64,000 nt of DNA from Mustelus asterias (taxonomy: Eukaryota): assembly GCF_964213995.1 (NCBI RefSeq), contig NC_135816.1:29326001-29390000 (forward strand), in the 5' to 3' direction. Position 1 is the first letter of the stretch; the number at the start of each line of letters is the position of its first letter. This document shows positions 11,211-24,227 of the stretch, in pieces. Under the pieces are notes generated by a model. It ran no database searches. It saw only the letters and a list, made by a program, of their open reading frames with translations, and had not been told where the DNA came from. The translations under genes were made by a program, and so were the position numbers.

Positions 11211-13070
11211 GAAAAATTAAAATTTGAGAGAAATCTAGCTAAAAAATTAAGTGAGCATTGGTACTGTACAGTCTGAGGAGGAGTTAATGGAAAATGAGAT
11301 GGCCGATGAATTAATCCGGTATTTTACACCAGTCTTCACCAGAGGGGATACGAGTAACATTCCAGAAATTGCTGTAAATTAGAAGTGCAGGAGGAACTCA
11401 AAGTCCTAAATCCCCTTTTGGAATTTAACAGCTAAAAAGCCAAGTTCCTATCTAACTCCGAATGCAAAATTCTAAATCCACATTCACCATAGCCCCTCAT
11501 TGCAGAAATCTACTTCACCATAGCCTCTAATTGCAAATGCATACACCTAGCACCTTTTTTCCCCCATTTACCTTTCAACCCTCACAGACGCGCTGTCTCT
11601 ATTAACCTTCTCCCAGTTTAATTAATGTATAGACTCACACAGCTGCCTTTCCAGCATACCACCCATATTCCCAAGTCTCTATCTACAAGGGCACTTAAGT
11701 AAATTCAAGGTAATCAGGCCAAGTCAACATGGTTTTGTAAATCATGTTTCACCAATTTATTGGAGTTCTTTCAAGGAGTCTTATCTGCTGTGGATAAAGG
11801 GGGACATGTGGATGAACTGTAGGTGGATATTCAGAAAGCATTTGATAAGTGCCACAGCAAAAGTTATTGCAAAAACAAAAGCTCATTGTGCAGGGGGGTA
11901 ATATTTTGGCATGGATAGAAGGTTGGCTAGCTAACAGGAAGCAGAGAGTAGACATGAATGGGTCTTTTTCTGGTTGGCAGGATGTGACAAGTGGTGTGCC
12001 ACTGGAATCAGTGCTGGGGCTTCACCTCTTTACAATTTATATAAATGACTTGGATGAAGGGACCAAAAGTACTAAATTTGCTGATGAACGCAAAGGTAGG
12101 TCGAAAAGCAAGATGTGCAGAGAACATCAGGAGGCTACAAAAGTATATAGTGGTTTGGTGAGTGGGCAAAGATCTGGCAAATGGCGTATCATGTGGGAAA
12201 ATGAGATTGCCCATTTTGGCAGGCTGAATAAAACACATTGGGCAGAATTTCACCTCCCCCCTCCCCCCCACCATGGGAATCGTAGCAGGTGGGGTATGGA
12301 TCGTGCAAAGGTCAGTTGACCTGGGATGAGATTTTCCACCCTTGGGGCGAGCGTGGCTGGAAAATCCCACCTTGTATCTGAATGGTGAGAGGGCTGTGAG
12401 ATGCAGAGCATGTCCTGGTGAATGAATTGCAAAAGGTTGGTGCACACGTGCAGCAAGCAGTTAGCAAACCTAACAATGCTATTGTTTATTGCAAGGAGAA
12501 TTGAATACAAGAGTAGGGAGGTCATGCTTCAGTTGTGCAGAGCATTAATGAGACCACATCTAGAGTGCTGTGTACAATATTGGCCATCTCCTTTAAAGAA
12601 AGATGTAAATACATTAGAAGTCATTCAGAGAATGCTTACTAGATTAGTATGTGGAATGGGTGGGTTGTCATATGACGAAAGTTGGACATGCTAGGCTTGT
12701 ATCCACTGGAGTTTAGAGTAAGAGGCAACTTGATTGAAACAGTCCTTTTGGGGGACTTGGCAGGATGGCTTGTGGAGAGATTGTTTCCTCTGCATAGGAG
12801 AACTTGGAACTCGGGAGGACTATATGAAAGTGAAGGGTTGCCCAAGGTCCAGATGAGGAAAAGATTTTTCTCTTGAGAGTTGAGACTTTGGTATTCTCTT
12901 CCTCAAAAGGTGGTTGAAAGATATTCAAAGATTATGCCTCAGACAGAAGTAGATAGTTTCTGATGAACAAGGGAGTGATAGGTTATTGGCAGGAATGAGA
13001 AGTTGATGTTTTATCGAATGGCGAAGCAGGTTCAAGCGTCCAAGTGGTCTGCTAATTTGCATGTATATTC
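11210..13070 (+). mobile_element. Decayed CR1-type LINE ORF2 (RT) plus 3' UTR, with nested insertions
   Basis: WIEGWLANRKQRV...SGVPLESVLG...IYINDLDEG...KFADE; RPHLECCVQYW. Confidence 0.85.
12240..12371. mobile_element. PIF/Harbinger-type MITE
   Basis: gggcagaatttc...aaaggtcagttgacc...ggctggaaaatcccacc; homologous to 5411-5537; interrupts a CR1. Confidence 0.7.
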
Positions 13071-13657
13071 AGCTGTTTTGTCCAACTCTGATCTCAGTAT
13101 AGCCTTGATCCAAAATGATTGAAAAGCATATTAAACCAAAACTTCAGCATTATTTATGTATGTAAACAATGGGTGTCAATTTTCATAGTATATAACGTTA
13201 TGACCCAGTTCAACTGTTTTTCCCCCATTGTGTATTCAGTGTTCATGGTTGGATTGGTCAGTCCCTGTTTTCATGTTAGACATGTAAGAATGTGCAGCTA
13301 TGCTACACAGCATAGCCACCTGCTTTAATATTATAGTGCTGCTCCCAGTAGCAGTAATTCTGGGAGTCGATCAGCTTGGACTGAATCTACACCGTTTCAG
13401 TAGCAATAAAGCAACAGCGCACACAACCCTTGTTGTTTCACATTCTCTTTGGAGGCATCCAGGGAAATCATTCCCTTGTGGAGGGTTTTGATGCTTCAGA
13501 GTTGAGTACATTGGGATTCCATTTATTTATGTGGTGACGAGCCATCAGATGCAAAGATGCAACTTAATGGTGCAATAGTCACAGGGCAACTCAATTCTGT
13601 TTAATTAGTTGAGGTTTGGAAACAAATGACACATAACCAATATTATTTGCCTGACAG

Positions 13658-13759
13658 GTAGCAACTCGAGCTGAGGAGTTGGGGTCTGGACTGCTTGAAA
13701 AAAACTGCAGGTCCTCATCAGACCAGTTTATTGGTGTTTTTGCACAAAACAGACCTGAG
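13658..13759 (+). CDS. ACSL6: ACSL6 exon 5 (102 nt)
   Basis: tgacag| VATRAEELGSGLLEKNCRSSSDQFIGVFAQNRPE |gtgaga. Confidence 0.95.
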
Positions 13760-13879
13760 GTGAGAGATGGTAATAAGTATTCAGAAGTGCTTTTACAACT
13801 TTTTGTGGTATTTATTTGCATACATGAAGTTTGTTTCCTTGTTTGTTTTTGTATTTTCATAATTGCAACATTCTACCAG

Positions 13880-13979
13880 TGGATTATTGCTGAGCTGGCA
13901 TGCTATACTTACTCCATGGTGATAGTGCCACTTTATGACACACTTGGACCTGAAGCCATTCGTTACATAATTAACACAG
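13880..13979 (+). CDS. ACSL6: ACSL6 exon 6 (100 nt)
   Basis: taccag| WIIAELACYTYSMVIVPLYDTLGPEAIRYIINT(A) |gtaaaa. Confidence 0.95.
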
Positions 13980-14627
13980 GTAAAAAAAAAAATAATGAGC
14001 AGCTTCTCAAAATTATATGCCACTTACAAAATTTAAATGCCAAAAAGATGAAATCAAAGGATGCTTAAATTCAAGGAGTTAGAAGTAACAATCTTCTGAG
14101 CTCCAAACTTCCTCGTGTTAAATTATGATTGGCAATAAATATCGTATTGAAATCCAGACGGTGGTAGTGGAATAATTAACAATTCCATATAACATCTCTC
14201 AAATCTGCATTTAAAAAAAATTATTCCAAAATTAAAAACACGTTTGATTTTTAGAGTTTTCTAATCCGAGATGAGATTGGAAAATGAATGAATTGCAAAA
14301 TAAATTAAAGCACTGTTATCATGACTGGGACAAAAAATGGCTTCCTGGAGTAATTCCTTAATATATTTATTCATGCTGCATCCACATCCTTGGGACCACC
14401 AATGTTGTATTGTTGGAAATGTGAAAAACTTGGTTTTTCAGAAGCAAATGATTAAATTTTCTCCCCAGTATAGTGATATTCCTGCTTTGGCAGTAAATCT
14501 GAAGATGAGTTGTAGATTCTACAAATACAAATGTTCAGAAGAGAATCGTGCTTTAGGATATCTTGTGTCACTTTTAAATTGATACCATATCATTCTTTCT
14601 GTTGAACTAAAAATTTGTACCTCAAGT

Positions 14628-15266
14628 GCATGGGTGGCACAGGTTCCTGCCTCACAGCGCCAGGGACCTGAGTTCGATTCCAGCCTTAGGTGACTGTGTG
14701 GAGTTTGCTCGTTCTCCCTGTGTCTGTGTGGTGTTTCTTCCAGGTGTGGCATTTTCCTCCAACAGTCCAAAGATATGCAGGTTAGGTGGATATTCCATGC
14801 TAAGTTGCCCCTTAGCATCCCAAGACATGGTGGCACAATGGTTAGCACTGCTGTCTCAGTGTCAGGGACCCCCGTTCGATTCCTGGCTTGGGTCACTGTC
14901 TGTGCAGAGTCTGCACGTCCTCCGTGTCTGTATGGGTTTCCTCTGGGTGCTCCAGTTTCCCCCCACAGTCTGAAAGACGTGCTGGTTAGATGCAAATGGC
15001 CATGCTAAATTCTCCTCGGTGTATCTGAACAAGTGCCGGAGATTTTCACAGTAACTTCAAGATAGTGTTAATGTAAGCCTACTTGTGACACGAATAAATA
15101 AACTTTAAACTTCAAGACATGTAGGTTACATGGGTTAGCCACAGTGAATGTGCAGGGTTATGGGAATAGTATGGGGGAGAGGGTTTGGGTAAGACCCACT
15201 GAGTCGGTGCAGTCTCAATGGGCTAAATGGCCATCTCCTGCAATGTCAGATTCCATGATTCTACGA
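14628..15266 (+). mobile_element. V-SINE tail A with a tail-B V-SINE (about 14826-15112) nested inside it
   Basis: Direct repeat caagacatg at 14821-14829 and 15113-15121; the host tail resumes after the insert. Confidence 0.8.
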
Positions 15267-15299
15267 ATATTAGGAGAACGTCACACTCGGATATGGGGG

Positions 15300-15557
15300 T
15301 TAAAGTTTAAAGTAAAGTTTGTTTATTAGTCACAATTAAGGCTTGCTTACTTACACTGCAGTCCGACGCCTTTCGGGTCAATGCACCTAACCAGCCCATC
15401 TTTCAGAATGTGGGAGGAAACTGGAGTACCGGAGGAAACCCACGCAGACGCTAGGAGAATGTGCAAACTCCACACAGACAGTGACCCAAGCCAGGAATCA
15501 AACCCGGATCCCTGGCGCTGTGAAGCAGCAGTGCTAACCACTGTGTTACCATGCCAC
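15300..15557 (-). mobile_element. V-SINE tail B
   Basis: Reverse complement of head and core; starts with aaagtttgtttattagtcacaa. Confidence 0.8.
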
Positions 15558-15719
15558 ACAACACCAGGTTAAAGTCCAACAGGTTTATTTGGTAGCACAA
15601 GCCACTGGCTTTCGGAGCGCTGCTTGTGCTACCAAATAAACCTGCTGGACTTTTAACCTGGTGTTGTGACACTTCTTACTGTGTTTACCTCAATCCAACG
15701 CCGGCATCTCCACATCATG
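15558..15719. mobile_element. Self-inverted Penelope-like mini-element, family 1
   Basis: About 45-bp inverted arms, end ...gccggcatctccacatcatg, TSD gttaccatgccac (15545-15557 / 15720-15732). Confidence 0.75.
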
Positions 15720-16447
15720 GTTACCATGCCACCCCAGTTAAACTTAAAGTTAAACTTCAATATGGATGTTGAACATGGTTTGCACCCATGCCAAAGTTGA
15801 ATTTTATCCCCAGTAGATTGCCACTTGAATGCCATTCTTTCAGAGTCCAACCTCCAGCATAAAATGCCTATACCAATCTGTCAGGGCCACAGGATTTTGT
15901 TCCCACTGTGTTCAGCTGTTCATATATTTCCCAGTGGCTGAACCTATTGTTAGCAGAAAACTTGTATTCAAATAATGTCCTCTCCCCAAAAAATAGCATT
16001 TTCAAAAATCATTTGACTTCATTTTTTGATTTAAATTTTAAAAGGTACTGTCTGCATTAAGAAGTATTTTGACAAACAATTTCTCAAGGATACACAAAAT
16101 GAAGCAGATCATCATTATAATGAAAATGATACATTCTGACTCCTCAAAATGTTTCCCAAGCAGTTTGACGTGCGTAATTAGTGTTTAATTTAAACGAGCT
16201 TCAGATAGTTAATAATGGAACTCAAGCTAGGCATGTGTTACTGTGACAATTATCTTGCTAATTGATTCTGAGTGCAATCAAAATGCAATCTTACCTTGCA
16301 TATTGAGAATGCCATTACCTTAAAAATAACCTTTAAATCCTTGATTGACTGAGATTCTGATTGGGTTTAGGCCTTGCATGTAATTGTTGTCTTTTATTTA
16401 CTAAATTACAGAGTGAAGTCTTCCTCATGGTCTTCTAGTCCTAAATT

Positions 16448-16712
16448 CAGCATGGTGGCACAGTGGTTAGCACTGCTGCCTCAGTGTCAGGGTCCCGGGT
16501 TTGATTCCCAGCTTGGGTCACTGTCTGTGTGGGGTTTGCATGTTCTCCCTGTGTCTGCGTGAGTTTCCTCCAGGTGTTCCAGTTTCGTCCCACAGTCAGA
16601 AAGATGTGCTGGTTAGGTGGATTGGCCATACTAAATTCTCCCTCGGTGTACCCGAACAGGCGCTGGAGTGTGGCGACTAGGGGAGTTTCACAGTAACTTC
16701 ATTGCAGCGTTA
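16448..16712 (+). mobile_element. V-SINE tail B
   Basis: Head and core plus gtggcgactaggggagtttcacagtaacttcattgcag. Confidence 0.8.
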
Positions 16713-16912
16713 AATACCACTTTTACAAATGATGAGGTCTAAGTGGAGCATTACCTCTGTTCCCCAGCAAAATTTCTACTTCGCTGTGTTTTATTTTGTG
16801 TGTGGGGCAATGCAGAAAGCAAGTTACCAAATTTCTAGAGTTATTTGTATCTTGATCTTTAATTTCTCACATTTCACTATACACTCTTAATGCATGCACC
16901 TCCTTTTTTAAG

Positions 16913-17091
16913 CTGAGATTTCCACAGTTATCTGTGACAAGGTGGAAAAAGCTAAAATTCTTTTGAAGAATGTGGAGAAGAAGGAGACTCCAGGCTTGAA
17001 GATTGTCATCCTCATGGACCCATTTGAGATGGACTTGGTTGAGATGGGAAATGACTGTGGGGTGCAAATACTGGCACTCCAGGAAGTGGAG
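16913..17091 (+). CDS. ACSL6: ACSL6 exon 7 (179 nt)
   Basis: ttttaag| (A)EISTVICDKVEKAKILLKNVEKKETPGLKIVILMDPFEMDLVEMGNDCGVQILALQEVE |gtatgc. Confidence 0.95.
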
Positions 17092-17865
17092 GTATGCAAA
17101 TAATATCAGTGGCATAATGCAGTTATAGAGAAATATGCTATAGTATGTATTAGTCACATTATTGATTATAAATCTGGATTTTAGCCCAGTTGCCAAATAA
17201 AGACGAGGTGATTTGACACCGAATAAAAAGAAAGCTGGAGGATAAATTGGTGTGTACCATATGCAACTGACTCAAAAATAGCAAGAGAGACCTGGATGTT
17301 AAGGCCACAACATTTACAGAGAAGCAGAGGGGTGATGGTGCCAGTGGGGGAGCGGTTGCATATTTTGTGACTGGAAAACCTGAAGAACAGATTACCCTTT
17401 AGTTCTGCCTGGGAGAATCAGATTATTCTTTTTAGAATCTATTTCTTGGTTGAGGTGGGCTTGTGGTACCAGGCTGCAGATGGGGTTCACTGATGAGGGA
17501 GAGAGAGACTGAGTGTTTGGAAAGGACATCAGTGGGAGGGCCTGGTGAGCTCCTATGCCAGAGAAAATAGATTATGGAAATAGTGATGTACAATTGCAGA
17601 TCCTTTACAATTCATTCTCTGATGCTTAATTGCTTTTTAAGAATAGCTTACATTATCTTGTACTTTATAAACAAGTGTTCAACGCAAAGCTCAGAATAAA
17701 GAATAAAACCACATGCCAGCACTTGGGTTTTTTCCACTATTTGATAGTTAGCCACTAAGTGAAGAGCAATCTTTGCCGTACTCTTTGGGGGAAAAACAAA
17801 TGTCATTTAGAATAAAATTGTCACATTTTCACGGTGTGGTTACTTTCATCCTTTCTTGCTTTCAG

Positions 17866-17898
17866 AACCTTGGACGGGTGAACAGGCGCACTCCTGTG
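17866..17898 (+). CDS. ACSL6: ACSL6 exon 8 (33 nt)
   Basis: Strong pyrimidine tract, tttcag| NLGRVNRRTPV |gtgagt; fills the gap between flanking exons in phase 0. Confidence 0.92.
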
Positions 17899-18081
17899 GT
17901 GAGTGAAACATGATTGACTGTTTTGTAGATATTTCATTCATGTTTCAAGAGACAGTAACTTGGATATGTGCATCAACAACAACCAGCATTATAAATGCGC
18001 ATTGCTCTTTTGACACCAATATGTTTCTTCTGCAACTTGCACTGCCTTTAGTTTCTTAATTATTGTTTGTTTTCTACTCAG

Positions 18082-18133
18082 CCCCCACGCCCTGAGGATC
18101 TATCTATTGTCTGTTTTACTAGTGGAACAACAG
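18082..18133 (+). CDS. ACSL6: ACSL6 exon 9 (52 nt; first half of the AMP-binding P-loop)
   Basis: actcag| PPRPEDLSIVCFTSGTT(G) |gtatgt. Confidence 0.96.
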
Positions 18134-20334
18134 GTATGTGCCACAAGAAATACAGTTGGTTACATTAATTAATAGCATTGAATATTAGAATAAACTTGGC
18201 ATTCCTTTCTCTCTGCCCATGATCATAGAAGCTGGTTTAGAATCAGTGCTTGTGAGTGTGTTAAGAAAAATGTGACAGTCAGACATCAGTGAGTTAAATT
18301 ACCATACATGTTTGTGATGGTTGGGCATTAGGTGCCCTCATTCTTGGTCTGTTTGTCTTGGTAGACTAAGGGGTCACTCAGTTACTATCTGGGGATTGTA
18401 TCTCCTTTTATCTTTATCAGAATCCATGATTCTGTCTCGATCAGTAATACTGCTCGCACTTCTACAAACCATCTCTATTCCTAATAGACCTTTCTGTCTT
18501 TCTAATTTAGGGATCACTACTCTTTATCAGTTTTCTTTAAATGTGTAGAACTTTCTCACATACTCTAATTAAATGAAATTAGTACAGTAACAGATTATGC
18601 CTACTTTTTGCCTTCTAACATTTTTCCAAATGGCTTGCATTTGAAAGATCATTTCACCGTGCAGTTTGCTGCCCTCCATAGTAACTGCTGAGCAAAATGG
18701 TATCTATTCCCTCCCGAAAAGCTTTCCCCTGCAATGACCTATTAAGAATCCTGCTGATACTTCTGCTCTCGAGCATTACATTGACATGGGGATCTTTTGT
18801 TAATAAAATCTCTTGGAGTCCAGAATTGAGAGATTTTAAAGTGCTCACAATGCCTTTCTCACTGCAAATTACCAAACATTCACAAAATTCATTGTAGCTT
18901 TTCAGGGATAAATGCATTTAAGTAGTAGTGCAAGACTGGCACATCCCAATGGAATTGAATATCAAGCAAGGCATATACCAGGATCCTATTTTGCACTTCA
19001 GCTCATTCTACCAATATACCTTCCAGCAATTCCCAGATCTCAATTTTCTAGATTTTCCCAGATGTGAAAGTCCGACTATTGATATTTTAACCCCAAAATT
19101 ATTTTTGGCGCTCTATGGTCTGACAATTTCATTTCCATTTCCATTCCCATTCATTTCCATTTATTTGAGTAAATGTACAGCTTGTCTTTAATACCATTTA
19201 TGTATTTGTCTTTTTGGAGAACTGGTGTATATGTTCTCTTAATAGCTTTAATTGTTGGGCATATTAAGGCAAATTTTCACTCTGCCTAGAGAACATTCAG
19301 TTTCCAAGTGCAGAGGGAAAAAAAGCCAGAGATTTATGATGCTGGATCTCTTGTCCCCTTATGGGATCTGAGATGGAGGCCTTTTGGCGAGTAATTAGAA
19401 GGCTGCAAAAGTTTTAGATTAGCAGCAGACCGGAGGGAATATATTTCTGTGCATGTTCCAAGGAATGTATTGGCTACAGATACAAACCTCCAAACACAAA
19501 CTTGTTTACTCGGGACAAGCTGAGCACAATAGGGTTTTAATAATTGTTAATCCTCAATTTCATTCTTTCACAAATGTAGTGTAGGTCCTGACGCCCTGCT
19601 AAAAGTATACTATAGGAAGTGATGATGGACTATTTCCTATATTTAAAAATCTAATGTTTGTTTTTACAGAACAGTGACCAAACTTAAGTGGTTTGTTTCA
19701 GCCTTGACTTGCCCTACTGTGTTAACTCCTTCACCTAATCAAGGTCACACTGTTTCCTTCTGCTCGGTGTTGGAACATTCTTCCATATCTGCTACTTGTG
19801 AAATTCACCTTTCTCATTTCTGTCCAAAGATGTGTAGGTTTAGGTGGATTAGCCATGACAAATACATGCGGGGGAAAGGGCTGGGTAAGATGCTCCTTTG
19901 GAGAGTTGGTTCAGACTCAATGGGCCGAATGGTCACCTTCAGGAGTGTAGGGGTTCCATGGTTCTATGCTTCATGGTATAAACTGAGTATAATTTCCCTT
20001 GAATTTAGTTTCTGGGTTTAATATTGAAGTAGCACCTGGACACTGGTGTTGGGTGTGAATTCTTTCCTCTTATTTTATGCTTGATGGCTGTATGCAAGCA
20101 TTCTATTTCATGGTCATTATTACTGAAACTAGCTCTCAGTTCAGATTTATTCCTTAAAATTCTGTCTGATATTTTTAATTGCCATTGACTTGGCAGCTTT
20201 TTGTAGAAGAGAGTTCCAGATTTCCAATGTCCTTTTTTTTTAAAGAAGTGCTTCCTGAAATTGACTCTAAATGGTTAGCTCTAATTTTAACACCTATGCT
20301 CTGGACACCACCACTAGAAGACTTAACCTATTTC

Positions 20335-20600
20335 TGGAATTAAGAATCTACCGATGACCACAAAACCATTGTCAATTGTTGGAAAAACCCATCTGGTTCA
20401 CTAATGTCCTTTTAGGGAAGGAAATCTGCCATCCTTACCTGGTCTGTCCTCCATATGACTCCAGAGCCACAGCAATGTAGTTGACTGTCAACTGCCTTCT
20501 GAACTTGCCTAGCAAACCATTCCGTTCAAGGCGATTAGGGATGGACAATAAATGCTGGACAGCCAGCAATGCCCATGTCCCACAGATGAATGTTTTTTAA
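20335..20600 (+). mobile_element. tRNA-derived SINE family 2 (5'-truncated)
   Basis: Core aaaacccatctggttcactaatgtccttttagggaaggaaatctgcc; tail tagggatggacaataaatgctgg; related copies at about 21108-21250 and 22773-23110. Confidence 0.7.
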
Positions 20601-21494
20601 AAAAATAAATCCTTGAATATCTCATCACCCCTTGAATTTACTTTGTGGGAATATGAATCTAATTAACCATCCTGAAGATTTAACACACGGGTTCCCAAAT
20701 CATAGGTCATGACCTCCAGTGGAGTTGTAAAATAGAATATTGAGCTTACAAGTTCCAGGACTTGATAGCTGTAGAGTGGCCAAATGTAACTCTAGCAACA
20801 GGCTACTTCAATAGAATTACAACTTCCCAACATGCTTGGTGGGGAGAGTCGACTGGTTATTGTGAAATCTGCTCGAGCCAGCCACCATTTTGCTGCCTTA
20901 AGTTTGATCTAGTGGGATTCACAAGGCTACCCTTGGAGGCAGGAGCAAGGTGGTGGTATTTCTGTTACAGGTCCCACAAGTACACATTTCAGCCTGAATT
21001 TGAACCACCTGTTCTCTGGGGGTACATTTTGCAATTTATTGTGTAGTTGTATGCAGAGCAAGGTCACATGCATGCTCTGAGATCAGGTCTTTTGTCAAAT
21101 ATAGAAATGGCATTGTGGTAATGTCCCTGAACAAGTATTCCTGAGGCCCTATCATAGATTCAAATCCCACTAAAGCAACTGGTAGACTTATTGAAAGCTA
21201 GTCTTAGTAACAGCGACCATGAAACTGTTGTCGTTAAAACCCATCTGGCTCATTGTGCTCCATAGTATACAAAAGTGACTGTGCCACTGGAACAGAAATT
21301 ATTTTAATGCCGATACATTTTGTACCAGCCCTCATATGACACACAAAGCATGATTGTGTGAATGTCCCTTCTGTAAGCTGTGTGAAAGTAGCGAGACAGC
21401 TGGCAGGGGTCAGTTGGGAGATGCAGAAGTAGTGTAGATATGTATTTAATTTGAGTCCTGGACATAAAAACACACGACATCCTCCCTCTAACAT

Positions 21495-22760
21495 TAAAAT
21501 GGGATCACTGTGGGAAGCTGTTTAGTGTCACTGATTTACCCGTTTTAATTCCTGCATCATGCTGGTCAATCTGTGTTGCTCCCAATCCAAAGTCAGTACA
21601 TACATTCTGAGGTGCTTTTCCAGAATTCAACACTTGTTCTCCCAAGTGCAGTCTCAGCACAACATTATATAACTGTAACACATCTATCTCACTGTATTCC
21701 AACCCTCTTGAGATAAAGATCAACAGTTCATTAGCTGTTTGTATTTGTCCACTAGTTTCTGATTCCTCAAGTGTCTTAAATCTCCTTCACCATTGAGAAA
21801 ACACTCTAATCTATCTTGGGTTCAAAGTTGTTGACCTTGCACTTCCCTGTGTTGAACTCCATGAATGTGCCCATTCACTTATTCTATCAACTTCTCATCC
21901 CTTTTGCAGGAGGTTGTGGCACAGTGGCAGTGTCTCTTCCTCTGCTCCAGAATTCTGGGTTCAAGTCCCACTTCAGGACTTGATGGCTATGGAAGGTGTG
22001 TACGTAATGTGACCAAACAGGTTAATTAACAGCCTATAAGTCTTCCCAATACACCTGATGGCAGGTGGAGAGACCAGGAAAGTTTCCAAACCTTTACTGG
22101 TAATACTATACCAAGTGCATGGGTGAATTCTTCCAAAGGAAGACAATGTTTGCCTTTGTCTCCTTCGGACATGGTACCTGAAGGAGCAGCTTTCTGCTGC
22201 TACTCACATTGCTTATATGCCATTTTAGTTTCATCACTAATCTTGGATAACGGGGCTCTGTTCCTTCACCTAAGTCGATCTTAAATACATTGAAAAGCTG
22301 AAGCCCAGTACAGATCCCAGGGGACTATCAGTAGTTCTTTCCTGCCAGTTAGAGTACCTGCCAATTATTCTTTGTCTATCATGCCTGATTTTCTGCCCAT
22401 ATGGAAAGGTTGCCTCAAATTCCATGTACTTCAGTTTTTCCTTTTGCGGAACATTATCAAATGACTTCTGCAGATCCATATAAATAAAATTCATTGCCTG
22501 ATGTAGCATGTTAGTGGCCACTGAACATCAGCTTAGTTAGATATAATTTGCACTTTATCTAAAAAATGCTGGCTCTCTAATCAACTCAAATGTGTCCAAG
22601 TGCTCAGTCGCTCTGCCCTTTGATAACCGATTCTATTAACTTCCTCATCTTCCTTTAAATAATGCAGTGGCATTGACTATTTCATTTGGAGGGGTTAATT
22701 ATTGAATCAAGAGGAGTTTGGAAGCTCATGACTAAAGCATCTACATTTTTTTCATTTACA
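21495..22760 (-). mobile_element. Highly decayed CR1-type LINE with an inserted tRNA-like SINE head (about 21908-21990)
   Basis: Minus strand IYMDLQKSFDNVP, PLGSVLG and LQLYNVVLRLHL. Confidence 0.65.
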
Positions 22761-22772
22761 TTTAATGCCCCG

Positions 22773-23110
22773 AGGTGGAAGTGGTAATGTAATTGGGCTA
22801 GTAACCGAGGCCCAGGCTAATCCTCTGGGGGCAAGGGTTCAATTCCCCACCACAGTTGCTTGTGGAATTTAAACTGAGTTATTAAAATCTGGAATTGTCT
22901 ACTAATTGTGACAGTTAAACTATCATTGATTATTATTAAAAACTTATCCAGTTCATTAATGCCCTGCCATCTTTACCTAGTCAGGATTACAAGTGACTCC
23001 AAACCCTCAACAATGGGGTTGACTCTTGTGGCCTAGCAAGCCACTCAGTTCAAGGGATGGACAACAAACACTGGCCTTGCGCGCACATCCTGTGAAATAA
23101 TTTTTAATAA
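22773..23110 (+). mobile_element. tRNA-derived SINE family 2
   Basis: aggtggaagtggtaatg...gggttcaattcccc head, then the same core and tail as 20335-20600. Confidence 0.65.
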
Positions 23111-23253
23111 AACATCAGATCCTGGAGATTTTTGTCTATGTAAAAGTCTCAATTTTATTTCGAATGTGGCTTTTGTTTATGATTTTTATGTGTTTTCTAT
23201 TTTGTGCTTTTTTTTTCAAATAATTGTTTTAACCATGTAATTTTTCCTTTCAG

Positions 23254-23327
23254 GGAACCCCAAGGGGGCCATGCTTACACATGGAAATGTGGTGGCTGAT
23301 TTTTCAGGCTTTCTAAAGGTTACAGAG
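23254..23327 (+). CDS. ACSL6: ACSL6 exon 10 (74 nt; second half of the P-loop)
   Basis: tttcag| (G)NPKGAMLTHGNVVADFSGFLKVTE |gtgaat. Confidence 0.96.
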
Positions 23328-23760
23328 GTGAATATATATACACACAGATTTTTGGCTGCAAGTAAAATGTTGCAAAAGTTCTGTTGAAAGTATTTTTTTC
23401 TGTCCTGTTACTCTGCTAACATTGCATAAAGTTGAAGTTCTATCTAGCTCTTTAATATTTTCTTGTACTGTCTTTAGTTTGACCTGAATTAAATTGCTTT
23501 TTTTTTTAACCTGCTCTTTGTAATAAGTGAAAAGAGGGCTCATGTGAGTGCAGCTACAAAGAACTGTGATTTGAACTTGCTTTGCTTTGTTGCTGTGAAA
23601 ATGCTGAATTTTTTCCCCCGACAGATGCTATAAATGGGAGAATCCAGCTTGAGAAAGTTGATGCAAAGTGTTTGAATGTGACAGCATTGACTCTCCTTCT
23701 GATTAATCTCCTGAGGACCTCAATAATTCAGTCCTTGATAATACCGTGCCTACAAGTATA

Positions 23761-23886
23761 GGGACAACTTTTCTCATTCAGCCGGCCATGGGAATAATAG
23801 TGGGCGAGGGGCGGACCATGGAAAGGTCCGTTGACCTGGGTGGGATTTTCCAGTTTCGGGGTGAGCGCAATAGGAAAATCCAGCCC
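23761..23886. mobile_element. PIF/Harbinger-type MITE
   Basis: Homologous to 5411-5537 (ggaccatggaaaggtccgttgacc...ggtgggattttcca); ends aaaatccagccc. Confidence 0.7.
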
Positions 23887-24227
23887 TTGGTTTAAATAAA
23901 AATATCCCAAAGTCTTAAAATTCAAGTCACTCTTGGAATATATTAATTCCCTTGGTTTGATATTCATGGAGGGAAAACTCATTGAAAGGCTTAATATCTT
24001 GCTTTGCTTTTCTAAATACTCTTATTTCAGGATTTCCCCATCCTGGGTAATACACTAGTTTTCAGCCATTAAGGTGGGTAGGTGACATGCTCCCAATGCA
24101 GTTCTTAAACTGCCTCTTTTGGCACCTCTTTGATAGCATGGTTGAAAGTCAGATCTTTTGTTACAGTTGCAGAAGTGGAACTTTGGTTTTTGATCTTACA
24201 ATGCAGTGTGCTGACTTGTTATAGTTC

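Noticed and set aside
16891-16896. TGCATG (RBFOX motif) just upstream of exon 7
   Set aside because: Single hexamer next to a 179-nt exon whose skipping would shift the frame; no other support for regulation.
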